Shown: piece by piece, positions 10,300-21,378 of the stretch
How positions within the stretch are numbered: the first letter of the stretch is position 1
How the letters are laid out: every line of letters starts with the position of its first letter
Position numbers and translations under genes: made by a program
Notes under the pieces: model-generated
The model's database searches: none
What the model was told of the DNA's origin: nothing
What the model saw: only the letters and a program-made list of their open reading frames with translations
Source: an uncultured Verrucomicrobiae bacterium
GTDB lineage: Bacteria > Verrucomicrobiota > Verrucomicrobiia > Chthoniobacterales > UBA10450
DNA length: 64,000 nucleotides
Direction: 5' to 3'
NCBI GenBank assembly: GCA_963772365.1
Contig: CAVYXA010000001.1
Coordinates: 256,001-320,000 of the forward strand

Positions 10300-12087
10300 C
10301 TATCCCGGCAGAGGAAATCGCCGCGTCATCTCGCGCACTTTATCGCGGACGCGATTCAAGGCGGATTCGTCCGCGCGATCCGTTAGGGCTTCGGCAATTA
10401 GATCGGAAATCTCGAGCATTTCTTCTTCGCGCATGCCGCGCGTGGTCACGGCGGGGGTGCCGACGCGGATGCCGCCGGGTTTGAAGGGCGAGCTGGTGTC
10501 GAAGGGGATGGCGTTCTTGTTCACGGTGATCCCGGCGCGGTCGAGCGTTTCCTGGGCGTCTTTCCCGTTCAGATCCTTCGGGCGAAGATCGACAAGCAGC
10601 AGGTGATTATCGGTGCCGCCGGAAACGATGCGGTAGCCGTGCTTGGCCAGACCGGCCGCGAGCGCCTTGGCGTTGATCACGACCTGTCGCTGGTAATCGC
10701 GGAATTGCGGCTGGAGCGCTTCGTGAAAGCAGACCGCTTTGGCCGCGATCACGTGGATGAGCGGGCCGCCTTGAACTCCCGGGAATACGGTGGCGTCGAT
10801 CTTTTTCGCGAATTGTTCCTGGCACATCACGATGCCGCCCCGCGGGCCCCGCAGACTTTTGTGCGTTGTCGTTGTTACAAATTGCGCGTGCGGAATTGGG
10901 CTCGGATGCTGGCCACCGGCGACAAGTCCGGCAATGTGCGCCATATCGACGAACAAGAGCGCGCCTACCGAATCCGCGATCTGGCGCAATCGTGGGAAAT
11001 CGATGATGCGCGAATACGCTGAAGCACCGGCGGTAATCATTGCCGGCTTCACTTCCTCGGCTTGTTTTTGCAATGCATCGTAATCGATCCGCTCCGTTTT
11101 CTCGCTGACGCCGTATTGCGAAACGGTGTAGAACTTCCCGGAAAAATTTGCCGGATGACCGTGGGTGAGATGCCCGCCATGGGCGAGATTCATGGCTAGA
11201 ATTTTGTCGCCCGGCTTCAGCATCGCGAAATAGACGGCCATGTTCGCCTGCGCGCCGCTGTGCGGTTGCACGTTCACGTGATCGCAGCCGAACAATCGCT
11301 TCGCCCGATCGATGGCCAATTGCTCGGCAACATCGACATTCTCGCAGCCGCCATACCAACGCTTTCCCGGCAGGCCTTCGGCGTATTTGTTCGTTAAACA
11401 AGAGCCTTGCGCTTCCATCACCGCGCGGCTGGCGAAATTTTCCGAAGCGATCAGCTCAATGTTTTCCCGCTGTCGTTTTTCTTCGGCTTGAATGGCATCG
11501 TAGATTTCGGGATCCGTTTTGCGCAAAGCGCTGCCGGAAATCGATGTCGATCCTGTGGCTTCGATCGGTTGAGGGAAATCGCTCATGAAACAGGGAGTTG
11601 CCCGACTCGTTCGCGAGGTGGGAGCAAGCTCGCCTTGTTCTACGAACGAGAGCACGCTTGGTAAAGTGTTTTTGATCGTGCGCGCGCAGTCTTCGTAAAC
11701 TTCGCGGCCGAGCCCGATCGGATCCGGCACATCGCGCCACACCGTTGTTCCGGGCTCTTCAAATTCGCGCAACAGATATGATTTCTCGGCACCCTTTGGA
11801 AAAAGAAGATGAATGGTTTCCAAATGTGCGCCGGTCATGGCGAAAATATGGGTGGCGCGATCAACCAATTCGGCGGTAAGCGGCTGACTTCGGAACCCTC
11901 TGATATCTGTGCCTTCGGCTTCACACACTTCAATCGCATACAAGCTCGGCGGCTGTCCGCGTACGGCGTGGACGCCGGCAGATGCGACTTCGATGTCCTT
12001 GCGATTGCCAAGAAAACTCCGGAAAAGCCCTTCAGCAATCGGACTTCGGCAGATGTTTCCGGTACAAACAAAGAGGACGCTTTTCAT
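10300..12087 (-). CDS. glyA: Serine hydroxymethyltransferase fused to an N-terminal LMW protein tyrosine/arginine phosphatase domain
   Basis: VCTGNICRS and DVPDP (LMW-PTP), then LIASEN, NKYAEG, GGHLTHG and [14 protein letters not shown] (SHMT) in one frame. Confidence 0.93.
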   Translation of the reverse strand: MKSVLFVCTGNICRSPIAEGLFRSFLGNRKDIEVASAGVHAVRGQPPSLYAIEVCEAEGTDIRGFRSQPLTAELVDRATHIFAMTGAHLETIHLLFPKGAEKSYLLREFEEPGTTVWRDVPDPIGLGREVYEDCARTIKNTLPSVLSFVEQGELAPTSRTSRATPCFMSDFPQPIEATGSTSISGSALRKTDPEIYDAIQAEEKRQRENIELIASENFASRAVMEAQGSCLTNKYAEGLPGKRWYGGCENVDVAEQLAIDRAKRLFGCDHVNVQPHSGAQANMAVYFAMLKPGDKILAMNLAHGGHLTHGHPANFSGKFYTVSQYGVSEKTERIDYDALQKQAEEVKPAMITAGASAYSRIIDFPRLRQIADSVGALLFVDMAHIAGLVAGGQHPSPIPHAQFVTTTTHKSLRGPRGGIVMCQEQFAKKIDATVFPGVQGGPLIHVIAAKAVCFHEALQPQFRDYQRQVVINAKALAAGLAKHGYRIVSGGTDNHLLLVDLRPKDLNGKDAQETLDRAGITVNKNAIPFDTSSPFKPGGIRVGTPAVTTRGMREEEMLEISDLIAEALTDRADESALNRVRDKVREMTRRFPLPG

Positions 12088-12230
12088 GGTCGAATGCCCT
12101 GCCTGCGGACAGAAGTTCAACCTAGGATCGAAGATGGCCAAGTCAATTTGCTGGCTACTGAGCGTCGCACTGCGAATCGGTGGGAATTTGCGGCTTCGCC
12201 GATCTGTTTAGCATCGGTCCGAGCCGGACT

Positions 12231-12420
12231 GGCATATCGGAGAAGCCGATCCACCTTTCCGTTTTGAGGTGGAACGCGTTGTCCCAACGCGTTGATAAAC
12301 AACCCGCTGCAGGCGCCGAATCATCCAACTGCGGATTCCAGTTTGCTTGTGCAGCGTCGCAGAGGGATCTTGCGCCTTCGGCGGTTGGCCCAACATCGCC
12401 TTCGGAGAAGCCGATCCACC
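12231..12420. repeat. GGTGGA...TCCACC palindromic repeat cluster
   Basis: tcggagaagccgatccacc at 12237-12255 and 12402-12420 (also 19925-19943); ggtggaacgcgttgtcccaacgcgttg at 12268-12294. Confidence 0.75.
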
Positions 12421-12499
12421 TCGTTGAATCGCAAGAAATAGTTGGCGAATCGCAAGCGCTGCGTGGCCTCTCGATCCCAATCAAACGACGATAAGATGA

Positions 12500-14707
12500 A
12501 TGAAAACGGCTTCATCAGCCTGGCCTCGCATTGCCCGAATTCTGGAAAGACATCCAGAAGTGAAACAGGTCCGGGTCGACACCGATGGAAGAAAAGTGGC
12601 GGTCGGTTTTTACGAAACGCCATCCGACGAACTGATTGATCGCGTCAAGGCGATTGTGGGCGACGAACTATCGGGGCAATGGGATGTCTCGGTTAATTCC
12701 TTCGATGCGCCAGCCAATCTCCACTTTCACAAGATCAACGGTCATACCACCGAATTTCATCGGGCCCACCCTGCCAATGAGCCGAGATTGATCTGGCGCG
12801 AGCTTCGCATTCCGGCATGGCGCAATCGTCCTTACCCGCCGGCGGTCGAGCGGGATTATCGCGTGATGCTTTTGCTCGCCGGGACTTGCGGGCTCAGCAC
12901 GCTGGCAGGTTTTCTACTGGGCCGGGCCGAATCGGGCGTGCAATTCATCGGAACGCTCTTTGCAATCGCTTACGTGGCTGGCGGATGGTTTGCCATCCAG
13001 GATGTCTGGCGCGGTCTGAAACAGCGCAAGATCGACGTTCAATTTCTCATGGTGCTGGTGGCTTTGGGGGCGGCATCAGTCGGCGCGCCTACGGAAGGGG
13101 CCACGTTGCTTTTTTTATTTTCGTTGAGCAATGCCCTGGAACAATTCGCGAATTATCGCACCCATAAGACGATCGATTCGCTTCTGAAAGCGGCCCCAAA
13201 ACACGCGCTGCGTCGCGAAGCCGGGACGTGGATGGAGATTCCGATGGAACAAATTTCACAGGGCGACGAACTCTTGGTGAAACCGGGCGAACTGTTTCCC
13301 GTCGATGGCGTGGTGATTGAAGGGGCAAGCGCGGCCGATGAATCGGCGCTGACCGGCGAATCGTTGCCGGTCTCGAAGCGGGTCGGCGATTCCGTCAGCA
13401 GCGGGACTCTTAATCTGGATGGCCAGGCTGTGATCCGCGTGACACATGAACTGGAGGACAGCGCACTGTATCGGATTTTGTCGCTCATCCAGTCGGCCCA
13501 GCAGCAGAAAGCACCTGCGCAACGCTTTACCGATTCTTTCAGCCGATATTACACATGGATCGTGCTTACGGCGAGCGCCGTCGGCTTTGTGATCCTGCTG
13601 TTGCTGGAACGGCCCGTTGCTGATGCATTTTATCGAACCATGACATTGCTCGTGGTCGCTTCGCCATGCGCGCTGGTCTTATCGATCCCTTCGGCAATTC
13701 TTGTAGCCATTGCCGCTGGCGCGCGCCAGGGGATTCTTTTCCGCGGCGGAGTAGCAATTGAAAATCTTGCCAGGGTAAAGCAGTTCGCCTTCGATAAGAC
13801 GGGCACCCTAACGAAAGGAACATTACGCGTCGCCCGCGTTCTCAGCGTGAATTCCGAATCGGATGACAGCCTGATCCAACTGGCCGCATCGGTTGGACAG
13901 TTCTCGACCCATCCGCTCTCGCGAGCAATTGTCCACGAGGCGGAGCAGCGCGCTCTTCCTTTGCTCGATATATCGGATTTTCGCAATCTGCCCGGCCTCG
14001 GAATGGAAGCGCGCGTCGGCCATGAAGTGGTTATAGTAGGTAGCCAGCGTTTGATGCACGAAAGAGAAATTCTCCTGCCGGAAGCGGAATCTTCCAGCGA
14101 AGCCGAAGTTTGGATCGCAAGCAGCATGATTCAGGGCGCGATTTTTCTAAGCGATGAGATCCGTCCGGCAGCCAAACGCGTGATCGAATTCCTGAAGCGC
14201 AATGGTCTCTCCGTCGCGCTCCTCACCGGCGACCGCGCTTCGGCCGCGAGATCCGTTGGCGCGCAGGTTGGAATTGACGATGTGCGACCAGATTTTACTC
14301 CGGAAATGAAACTCCAATGCGTCCACTCATGGCGCAATCAGGGCAAGAAAGTGGCGATGGTCGGGGATGGAATCAACGACGCGCCGAGTCTGACCGCAGC
14401 CGATGTTGCAATCGGCATGGGCGCGCGCGGCTCGGATGCCGCCCTGGAGCAGGCCGATGTGATTTTGATGCACGACAAAATAGAAAATGTCGAGCAGGCG
14501 TTCCAACTCAGCCGTCGTGCACGCGCCGTTATCCGTCAGAATATTGTCATCTCGCTTGGCGTGATTTTGGTTTTGGTGACATCCGCGGTGTTGGAAAAGA
14601 TCAATCTGACTCTGGGCGTAATTGGTCACGAAGGCAGCACCGTGATCGTGATTTTGAATGCGCTGCGATTGCTCGGCTTTCGCGGAAGCAAAATCACCGC
14701 GTCTTAA
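12500..14707 (+). CDS. Heavy-metal P-type ATPase, P1B-4 type (Co/Zn/Cd/Fe)
   Basis: TGES, SPC in TM, DKTGT, HP, GDGIND and HEGST motifs. Confidence 0.9.
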   Translation: MKTASSAWPRIARILERHPEVKQVRVDTDGRKVAVGFYETPSDELIDRVKAIVGDELSGQWDVSVNSFDAPANLHFHKINGHTTEFHRAHPANEPRLIWRELRIPAWRNRPYPPAVERDYRVMLLLAGTCGLSTLAGFLLGRAESGVQFIGTLFAIAYVAGGWFAIQDVWRGLKQRKIDVQFLMVLVALGAASVGAPTEGATLLFLFSLSNALEQFANYRTHKTIDSLLKAAPKHALRREAGTWMEIPMEQISQGDELLVKPGELFPVDGVVIEGASAADESALTGESLPVSKRVGDSVSSGTLNLDGQAVIRVTHELEDSALYRILSLIQSAQQQKAPAQRFTDSFSRYYTWIVLTASAVGFVILLLLERPVADAFYRTMTLLVVASPCALVLSIPSAILVAIAAGARQGILFRGGVAIENLARVKQFAFDKTGTLTKGTLRVARVLSVNSESDDSLIQLAASVGQFSTHPLSRAIVHEAEQRALPLLDISDFRNLPGLGMEARVGHEVVIVGSQRLMHEREILLPEAESSSEAEVWIASSMIQGAIFLSDEIRPAAKRVIEFLKRNGLSVALLTGDRASAARSVGAQVGIDDVRPDFTPEMKLQCVHSWRNQGKKVAMVGDGINDAPSLTAADVAIGMGARGSDAALEQADVILMHDKIENVEQAFQLSRRARAVIRQNIVISLGVILVLVTSAVLEKINLTLGVIGHEGSTVIVILNALRLLGFRGSKITAS

Positions 14708-14708
14708 T

Positions 14709-16367
14709 TTAGACGTAATAGCGCCAGTTCACATTGGGGAACAAATTGTCGCGGCATTCGCAATCCTTCAGAAACTCTTCATCGACATCATTGGCGACAA
14801 ATTGATCGTGCAAACGGTTGAAGCGGTCGAGATGATCCTTTGTCCGTTTGGTGGCGTATTCTCTAGCGGTCCCCGTTTTCATGAGAAATGCCCAATCGCT
14901 CGATTGCGCGAGCAAAAGTTCTCGGGCTAACTGTTTCAAGACTCGATCGACCAATTGCGGAACGGCCGCTTTGGATTGTAGGGCGGGCGCTCCGCCTGCC
15001 AGCTCTGCGCTTGGCAACCGAAGCGGTTGCCCTACAATCGCCGGATCAGTTGAATGCCGTCGCGCGATTTCGGTCATCTTCTGCGCAGCGGCATGCAGGT
15101 GCGGATAAATCCAGGCATTGCTCGGGTTTAACCAGACTTCGAGATGGCCGTTCTCGCCCCATGTCGATGTTGCCGGACGGATCGTCTGCTGAGTTGGATG
15201 TTCGGTCAGATATTCGCTTGGTGTGGTGAGACGAAAATCATTTTGATCGGCGGCAACCTTGCGGATGAAAAATTCCAGAAAGCGCGGTCCCTCAAACCAC
15301 CAATGCCCGAACAACTCGGCATCGAATGGAATCGTCACGATCGGATCGAAGCCAAGAGCACTGATTTCACGGATTTGTCGTTTGCGTTGTTCGAAAAAAT
15401 GATCGGCCTGAATTTCCGCCACGTGTTCGGCCACCGCGGGATCGTACAATTCTTTCTCTTCACCGCGCCCGGTAATGCGATGATATTTGATTCCTGAAAA
15501 TGTTCTGTCGTCTCGCCCGAATGGGCCGAGGTGTTCCATCGGAAGATCGAACCCGACGTCACGATAAAATTCGCGGTAAGCAGGGTCACCCGGATATCCG
15601 CCCTTTGCGCTCCAGACTTGTCGGCTCGATTCGCGGTCCCGGGCGAAAGCTGCCGGACCGGCCGGCGTGTAACAGGGAGCGAAAATCGACTTCTGCGGAC
15701 GCGGGTTGCCAAACATCAGCCCATGTGAATCGAGAACGAACCAGCGAATGTTCGCTCCCTGAAGGACCGAATCGAGATCCGGCGCGTAAGCGCATTCCGG
15801 CAGCCAGAAACCAAACGGCTCGACGCCGAAAAGATCGACGTATTGATCTCGTCCGATCAACACCTGTGCCCGCACGGCCTCCGGCGATTGCTGGAGCAGG
15901 GGAAGCAATCCATGAGTCGCGGCGCAACCGATGATTTCGAGCGCACCGTTTTTTTGCAGATCACGGAAAGCAGCGATGAGGTTGCATTGCCATTCGTCTA
16001 CAAAAAAACGCCGGCTGTCGGTAAAGAGCTCGAAATAAAATCCGGCGAGATCGCGCAGCTCTTGATTGTTTCGATTTCGCTTTTGCTCGCGCTGGGCGAG
16101 GTCGATGAGAAGATCGACATGTTCGATGTAGCGCTCTCGCAAAAGCTCATCCTGCAACATCGCGCAAAGCGTTGGCGTAAGAGACATGGTAAGCTTGAAT
16201 CCCGACGAGTCGGGATCCGCCACGAGCCGCTGCAGCATGCGCAGCAGCGGAATGTAGGTCTCAGTGATTGCCTCGAAGAGCCAGCTTTCCTCGAGGAAAC
16301 GTTTATGCTCGGGATGCCGAACGAAGGGAAGATGCGCGTGGAGAATGAGCGCGATGCGACCGGCCAT
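14709..16367 (-). CDS. GH57 alpha-1,4-glucan branching enzyme (DUF1957 type)
   Basis: HAHLPFV, ETYIP, GFWLPECAY, DAELFGHWWFEG and QSSDW motifs. Confidence 0.9.
   Translation of the reverse strand: MAGRIALILHAHLPFVRHPEHKRFLEESWLFEAITETYIPLLRMLQRLVADPDSSGFKLTMSLTPTLCAMLQDELLRERYIEHVDLLIDLAQREQKRNRNNQELRDLAGFYFELFTDSRRFFVDEWQCNLIAAFRDLQKNGALEIIGCAATHGLLPLLQQSPEAVRAQVLIGRDQYVDLFGVEPFGFWLPECAYAPDLDSVLQGANIRWFVLDSHGLMFGNPRPQKSIFAPCYTPAGPAAFARDRESSRQVWSAKGGYPGDPAYREFYRDVGFDLPMEHLGPFGRDDRTFSGIKYHRITGRGEEKELYDPAVAEHVAEIQADHFFEQRKRQIREISALGFDPIVTIPFDAELFGHWWFEGPRFLEFFIRKVAADQNDFRLTTPSEYLTEHPTQQTIRPATSTWGENGHLEVWLNPSNAWIYPHLHAAAQKMTEIARRHSTDPAIVGQPLRLPSAELAGGAPALQSKAAVPQLVDRVLKQLARELLLAQSSDWAFLMKTGTAREYATKRTKDHLDRFNRLHDQFVANDVDEEFLKDCECRDNLFPNVNWRYYV
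14974..15039. repeat. GTAG-type REP doublet inserted in frame in the GH57 gene
   Basis: gattgtagggc (14974-84) ... gccctacaatc (15029-39), each arm with an internal hairpin; 66 bp = 22 codons. Confidence 0.8.
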
Positions 16368-16385
16368 AGTGAGATAAGTTGCAAA

Positions 16386-16473
16386 GGTGGATCGAGATCC
16401 CGAGCTCGATGCTAAGAACCAGCCGGCAGAGCCGCAAATCTATTACCAACGCGCTCGGAGATCGCGGTCCACC
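16386..16473. repeat. GGTGGA...TCCACC palindromic repeat pair
   Basis: ggtggatcgagatcccgagctcgatg ... caacgcgctcggagatcgcggtccacc. Confidence 0.65.
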
Positions 16474-16485
16474 GATCTCTCGCGT

Positions 16486-17649
16486 CTATAATGTGCGGCA
16501 GAAATCCTGGAAGCGATCTAGACCTTTTTTGATGATGTCGATGCTGGTTGCGTAACTCAATCGAACGGTGCGGTCGTCGCCAAAAGCCGCGCCCGGCACA
16601 ACCGCCACACTGGCCTTGCTCAACAATCGATCGGAAAAATTCTGCGAACTCAATCCGAGCTGGCTGATGTTAACCAAAACGTAAAACGCGCCCTGGGGTT
16701 TGATCGCGGTGACGTTCGGGATTTTTGAAACGCGATCGAACATGTAGTTGCGACGCAGATCAAATTCTTCGCGCATATCGGCCAGCGGCTGTTGATCGCC
16801 CTTCAAAGCCGCCAGCGCTCCGTGTTGCGAGAACGAGGAAGGATTGGATGTGCTGTGGCTTTGAATGGAATCGATCGCTTTCGCCACGGCGTCCGGCGCT
16901 GCCGAATAACCGAGTCGCCATCCAGTCATGGCATACGATTTACTGAAACCATTGATGGTAATGGTGAGATCGTACGCTTCTTTCGACAGAGAACCGATGC
17001 TGACGTGCTGCGCATCATCGTAAACCAACTTTTCGTAGATCTCGTCGGCTAAAATGTAGATGTCTTCCTCGGCGGCAACATCGACAAGCGCCTGCAATTC
17101 CTCGCGCGTATAAACCGATCCGGTGGGATTTCCCGGAGTATTGATGATCAACATCTTCGTGCGCGGCGTCATGGCATTCTCAAACTCTTCCGCGCTGAGT
17201 TTCCACGAGTTGCGCTCGCTCGTGGGCACGATCACCGGTTCGGCTCCGGCCAGGCGCACCATCTCCGGATAGCTCACCCAGTAAGGCGCGGGAATAATCA
17301 CTTCATCTCCGGGCTGACACGTGGCCAGGATCGCGTTGAAACAGGAATGCTTGGCGCCGTTGCTGACAACAATTTGAGTCGCCCGATAGCTCAGTCCGTT
17401 ATCGGCCGCCAGTTTCTCTGCAATCGCCTGCCGCAGTTCGGGTATGCCGGAACTCGGTGTGTATTTAGTGAACCCGGCCTGCAAGGCCGAGATCGCCGCG
17501 GCTTTGATGTGTTCCGGTGTATCGAAATCCGGCTCGCCCGCACCGAAGCCGCACACGTCAATGCCCTCGGTCTTCATGGCTTTGGCTTTGCTGTCGATCG
17601 AAAGAGTGAGCGAAGGAGTGAGTTGAGCGGCGCGAACGGAAATTTCCAT
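16486..17649 (-). CDS. PLP-dependent class I (aspartate-type) aminotransferase
   Basis: GEPDF, NPTG, DEIY and SKSYAMTGWRLG motifs. Confidence 0.92.
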   Translation of the reverse strand: MEISVRAAQLTPSLTLSIDSKAKAMKTEGIDVCGFGAGEPDFDTPEHIKAAAISALQAGFTKYTPSSGIPELRQAIAEKLAADNGLSYRATQIVVSNGAKHSCFNAILATCQPGDEVIIPAPYWVSYPEMVRLAGAEPVIVPTSERNSWKLSAEEFENAMTPRTKMLIINTPGNPTGSVYTREELQALVDVAAEEDIYILADEIYEKLVYDDAQHVSIGSLSKEAYDLTITINGFSKSYAMTGWRLGYSAAPDAVAKAIDSIQSHSTSNPSSFSQHGALAALKGDQQPLADMREEFDLRRNYMFDRVSKIPNVTAIKPQGAFYVLVNISQLGLSSQNFSDRLLSKASVAVVPGAAFGDDRTVRLSYATSIDIIKKGLDRFQDFCRTL

Positions 17650-17686
17650 GTCGATGATGTTAGTTGTGAAATTTAAGGTGCGCACA

Positions 17687-18763
17687 CTATTGGCGGCGAT
17701 AGAAATTTTCAATGAAAGGTTTAAAGTTATTCTCATCTACCCGGACGATTTTCATTTCCCGCTGTGCGTTTTCGGGTGAATCCGATGCGTGCGCAGCGTT
17801 GATCATGATCGTCTGCCCGAATTCCTTGCGAATCGAGCCGGGCGGCGCCTTGGCAGGATCGGTAGGCCCGAGCACTTCGCGAACTTTGCGGACCGCATCT
17901 TCGCCTTGATACACGATGGCTACACACTTCTCACTGCCCGGCTCATCTCGTTTTTCCGGCGGACAATCGCTTGGTTTCATTCCAGCCATGAACGCTACGA
18001 TGTCTTCCCAGGCTTGCCGTCCTTTATGTGCACCCAATTTCTCCTGAAGCACCGGCAGCACCGGGCCGTAAAATTCTTCCGCCTGAGCCACGCTCATCCG
18101 GTGCACCTTGAATCCGACAATATAAAGACCGGTGCTGGAAAAAACTTCCACCACGCCACCGGGCCGTAGACTGGGGAATTTGAAATTGTCCGGCTTAATC
18201 AAGACCAGCGTTTTCTCGATCTTGCCATCGGACGGATAACGAATCGTTTGGTCGAGAAGACCGCCGTCAGAATCGGAAAATTCAGCCCACAATTTCAGGT
18301 CCCGCTCGATCGCCTTCGCGTCAAAAGCCGCCAGCACGCCCGGCTCGAAGTAGGTGACCTTGCCCGATTCGTCAGTGACATAATCGCCGTAAGTATCCCG
18401 AATCGTTTCACCCGCGGTGCGCTCATGCACAATATGCCCAACCGTATGGTGAATCTTTTCCACCGCATCCCGACCGCGAAAAACAAGAAACAACACGCGC
18501 GCCCGCTGACCATTCACTTCTGCCCGAAAGTTCTTGCGCACGTAATCGCGGATCAGCTCCTGAGTCGCGCGATGGACGGGCTCGGTTTCGGTCACGATCA
18601 CCTCGGCGTAGCGCTTGGTTAGCTCCGGGCCTGGCGCGAACATGCGGGCGGAGACAAGATCGAGACCAGTCCGCGAGATCAAACGGGAAATAATGCCACC
18701 GGTGCGCGATTTACGGATGGAGTGCGGAGTAATGATGGCGTAACAAAGTTCTTCCGTCTGCAT
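17687..18763 (-). CDS. ndk: Nucleoside-diphosphate kinase, two-domain form
   Basis: C-terminal TLVLIKPD, GPTDP.KA.PGSIR and NAAHASD; N-terminal half is a degenerate NDK repeat (GETIRDTYG). Confidence 0.85.
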   Translation of the reverse strand: MQTEELCYAIITPHSIRKSRTGGIISRLISRTGLDLVSARMFAPGPELTKRYAEVIVTETEPVHRATQELIRDYVRKNFRAEVNGQRARVLFLVFRGRDAVEKIHHTVGHIVHERTAGETIRDTYGDYVTDESGKVTYFEPGVLAAFDAKAIERDLKLWAEFSDSDGGLLDQTIRYPSDGKIEKTLVLIKPDNFKFPSLRPGGVVEVFSSTGLYIVGFKVHRMSVAQAEEFYGPVLPVLQEKLGAHKGRQAWEDIVAFMAGMKPSDCPPEKRDEPGSEKCVAIVYQGEDAVRKVREVLGPTDPAKAPPGSIRKEFGQTIMINAAHASDSPENAQREMKIVRVDENNFKPFIENFYRRQ

Positions 18764-18854
18764 GATTGCACCGCGGCTCGAGATTAACCGCGTCAATGCA
18801 GAGAAACCGAAGCCGCCAAGGCTGCGAAAACGTAGCCGTCGGGCTTCCCTCGCG

Positions 18855-19679
18855 TCAAATACGTTTTTGCTGCGCCAGGATCGCGATCCATTTTCCCCGG
18901 CGGCACGATTTCACGATGTCGATCTTGTGACGCCGCGTTGCGCGAACCAACTGCTTTTCCTGCTCGCGCAGAACGCCCGAGAGAATCAACCATCGGCTTC
19001 GCTTCAATTTTGGCAGGATCTCAGTCAATAACTCGCTGAACAGGTTCGCGGTCACGATGTCGATGTTCTTTGGAAGCGTTGAACTCCGGGCATCGGCTGT
19101 GCGAAATTCAATATTGTCGATCTTGTTCAACCGCGCATTTTCTCTGGCGGTGAAGAGTGCGCCCGGATCGCTGTCGATTGCCAAAACCTTTTTAGCTCCA
19201 AAACGTTTACCCGCCAGCGCAAGGATTCCGCTACCGGTTCCAAGATCAACAAGCGACCAGCCGGGCCGCCATGAGTGCGTCAATTGTTCCAATAAACGCA
19301 ACGCCATCGCCGTGGTCACGTGCTCACCCGTTCCAAACGCCGTGCCCGCCGGAATAATCAGCCTGTAGGGGAAGCGGACAGCTTCCTGTCTTTGTCGCGA
19401 CCGCAGAATGACCAATCGCGTTCCAATCTTGAGCGGTTTGCTCTTTTGTTCCGATACGATTCGTTTCAGCCAATCGCGACGCAGCCTTTTGGCTCGTCCG
19501 CCAAATTCTGTCACGAGCTGCCGCGCGATATTTCGAGAGCGGCATGCGATTTCGATTTGCAGGCGCTTGCGCCCGGGTGTCGAAATGACGGCGACTCCAG
19601 CCGGAGCGCGCGCTTCCAACAGCTCTTCATGAGCATTCAGCCATTCCGGCTCGACCAATTTCTTCCAGAGATAAATCAC
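18855..19679 (-). CDS. prmA: Ribosomal protein L11 methyltransferase
   Basis: AFGTGEH.TT, DLGTGSGILA, AN and LILSG motifs. Confidence 0.85.
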   Translation of the reverse strand: MIYLWKKLVEPEWLNAHEELLEARAPAGVAVISTPGRKRLQIEIACRSRNIARQLVTEFGGRAKRLRRDWLKRIVSEQKSKPLKIGTRLVILRSRQRQEAVRFPYRLIIPAGTAFGTGEHVTTAMALRLLEQLTHSWRPGWSLVDLGTGSGILALAGKRFGAKKVLAIDSDPGALFTARENARLNKIDNIEFRTADARSSTLPKNIDIVTANLFSELLTEILPKLKRSRWLILSGVLREQEKQLVRATRRHKIDIVKSCRRGKWIAILAQQKRI

Positions 19680-19744
19680 TTTGAGTGTAGTAATTTACAG
19701 TTGCGTGTCGCGCCGCGCCGGACATTATTTCTGCTCCTCAAATT

Positions 19745-19819
<75 letters not shown>

Positions 19820-19914
19820 GCCCCGAAAGCGTTCGGGGCTGGAGCGTCCGCCATAGCCTCGTGCGAAGGCGGACCCCTTCGGCGATAAATTTTCCGCCTT
19901 CGGCGATTTCGGCT

Positions 19915-19996
19915 GGCATCGTCTTCGGAGAAGCCGATCCACCTTACGCCAACTGAATGAATAGTAATGGTGGAATGTGTTGTCCCTAACGCGTTG
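19915..19996. repeat. GGTGGA...TCCACC repeat cluster
   Basis: Same units as 12231-12420. Confidence 0.7.
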
Positions 19997-20155
19997 GTAA
20001 AACAACTGTGGCGCAGCCGCCAAAACTTCTCTTGGCTCGTCGGCGCGTCTGCAATTTGTTTTGCGCCTTTGGCGATTACTTCTTGGAACCGGTGCGAGCG
20101 GACTGTCATGTCCGGAGAGGCCGATCAGCTTTTTTGTGCGTGCTTGATCCTTTGT

Positions 20156-20680
20156 TCAACGTCGTTCGCAGGCCAGCTCAATGGGCAGCGGCACTAGAAA
20201 TTCGCGCGCCTCGTTTACTTCCAATACTGGTCTGGCCAGATGCGCCGCCAGAAAACTGGTGTCAGGATTGGATGCAATCCCGCCACGGGCGAAAATTTCG
20301 CAGCCGGCAAGATTGTCGATCACGCGTGAGACTTTCTCGGCGAGATTGCGATGATCGGTGAATTGAACCGTGCAAACTCCGGGGGCAGTTGCTTCCACAT
20401 ATGGAGAAAGAGTAAAGGCGTGCTGAAGCAGAATCTCGTTCATTAATTTCTCCTGGGCCGGCGCGCGAACTTTGATGACCAAACTTAAACATCGCGCCAG
20501 TCCCTGGCTCGGTGTCATCCCGAGGCAAACGCCGGCTTTTTCGGCGGGTTCGTTGAGCTGGATAATGCTTACTTTTCGATGCTCCGTTTCAATCAACGCC
20601 ACCGGTCCGGCCTGCAATTCCGGCTGATGCCGGATCGCGGCCTGCAAATAAAAATCGGGTAAATAAATCGTGGCAAACAT
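20156..20680 (-). CDS. imuB: Short ImuB-like protein (N-terminal part of an inactive Y-family polymerase)
   Basis: IYLPDFYLQA, A..AGV..GMT..Q.LARC, SP.VE and FL.PLPI motifs; only 174 aa; start coupled to the imuA stop. Confidence 0.7.
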   Translation of the reverse strand: MFATIYLPDFYLQAAIRHQPELQAGPVALIETEHRKVSIIQLNEPAEKAGVCLGMTPSQGLARCLSLVIKVRAPAQEKLMNEILLQHAFTLSPYVEATAPGVCTVQFTDHRNLAEKVSRVIDNLAGCEIFARGGIASNPDTSFLAAHLARPVLEVNEAREFLVPLPIELACERR

Positions 20681-21336
20681 CAGCCTGCTTGCTCCAGTGT
20701 ATTAATAGCTGAAGCAAAATTCGCTCGCCGAATTCGAAACTGGAATTGCGCCGCCGCCTCTTCCGTTTCGAGGTTCTTCAGCGTCCAGGAATTTTCCAGA
20801 ACGATTTTTAATTGCGCGCTGGCGACCATGCTTTGCCGGCTCAAAACCAGACAAACAACCGGAACCGATTCGGCCAGCCGTTGCAGCCGATACCAGCTTG
20901 TGGCGGGAATTTTGCGCAGCTCTTTCGCCGGATTGAGCACAAGATCGACAATCACCAGCGGAAAATTCCCATCCCGCAACAGCAAATCGGCCGCCTTAAT
21001 AGCTTCCAAAGCTTTGCCGCAACGGACCCAAAGCAGATGCCGCAAACAATCGTTTCCCAGCGGCTGAGGATCGAATGAATCGAGGCCATCAACCAAGGCT
21101 AAAAAGTCGCCATCGCGATACGCCTTTCGAAGGAGAAGGTGAATCAGAGAAGCGCTTCCCGCGCTGCTCTTTGGGCTGATCAATTCCGTGATCGCATTCT
21201 TGGGCAAGCCGCCGCCAATGAGCTGATCGAGAGGATCCAAACCGGTGGGAAATCGCGTTCCGGCGGATGCCGCCGGGTGGGGGAACCGCGCCGCCAGCAA
21301 TTTGCGAAGATCGACAATGGAACTCGCTCGAGGCAT
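20680..21336 (-). CDS. imuA: ImuA-like RecA-fold protein
   Basis: TGLDPLD.LIGGGLP..AITEL, LVDG.DSFDP and ADLLLRDGNF; degenerate P-loop. Confidence 0.75.
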   Translation of the reverse strand: MPRASSIVDLRKLLAARFPHPAASAGTRFPTGLDPLDQLIGGGLPKNAITELISPKSSAGSASLIHLLLRKAYRDGDFLALVDGLDSFDPQPLGNDCLRHLLWVRCGKALEAIKAADLLLRDGNFPLVIVDLVLNPAKELRKIPATSWYRLQRLAESVPVVCLVLSRQSMVASAQLKIVLENSWTLKNLETEEAAAQFQFRIRRANFASAINTLEQAG

Positions 21337-21364
21337 CGAGTGAAGATGCCATCAATCGCTCAGA

Positions 21365-21378
21365 TGTTCAATCGAACA
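21365..21378. promoter_or_regulatory. LexA box TGTTC-N4-GAACA upstream of imuA
   Basis: Perfect TGTTC-aatc-GAACA, matching the Verrucomicrobia LexA consensus. Confidence 0.85.
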
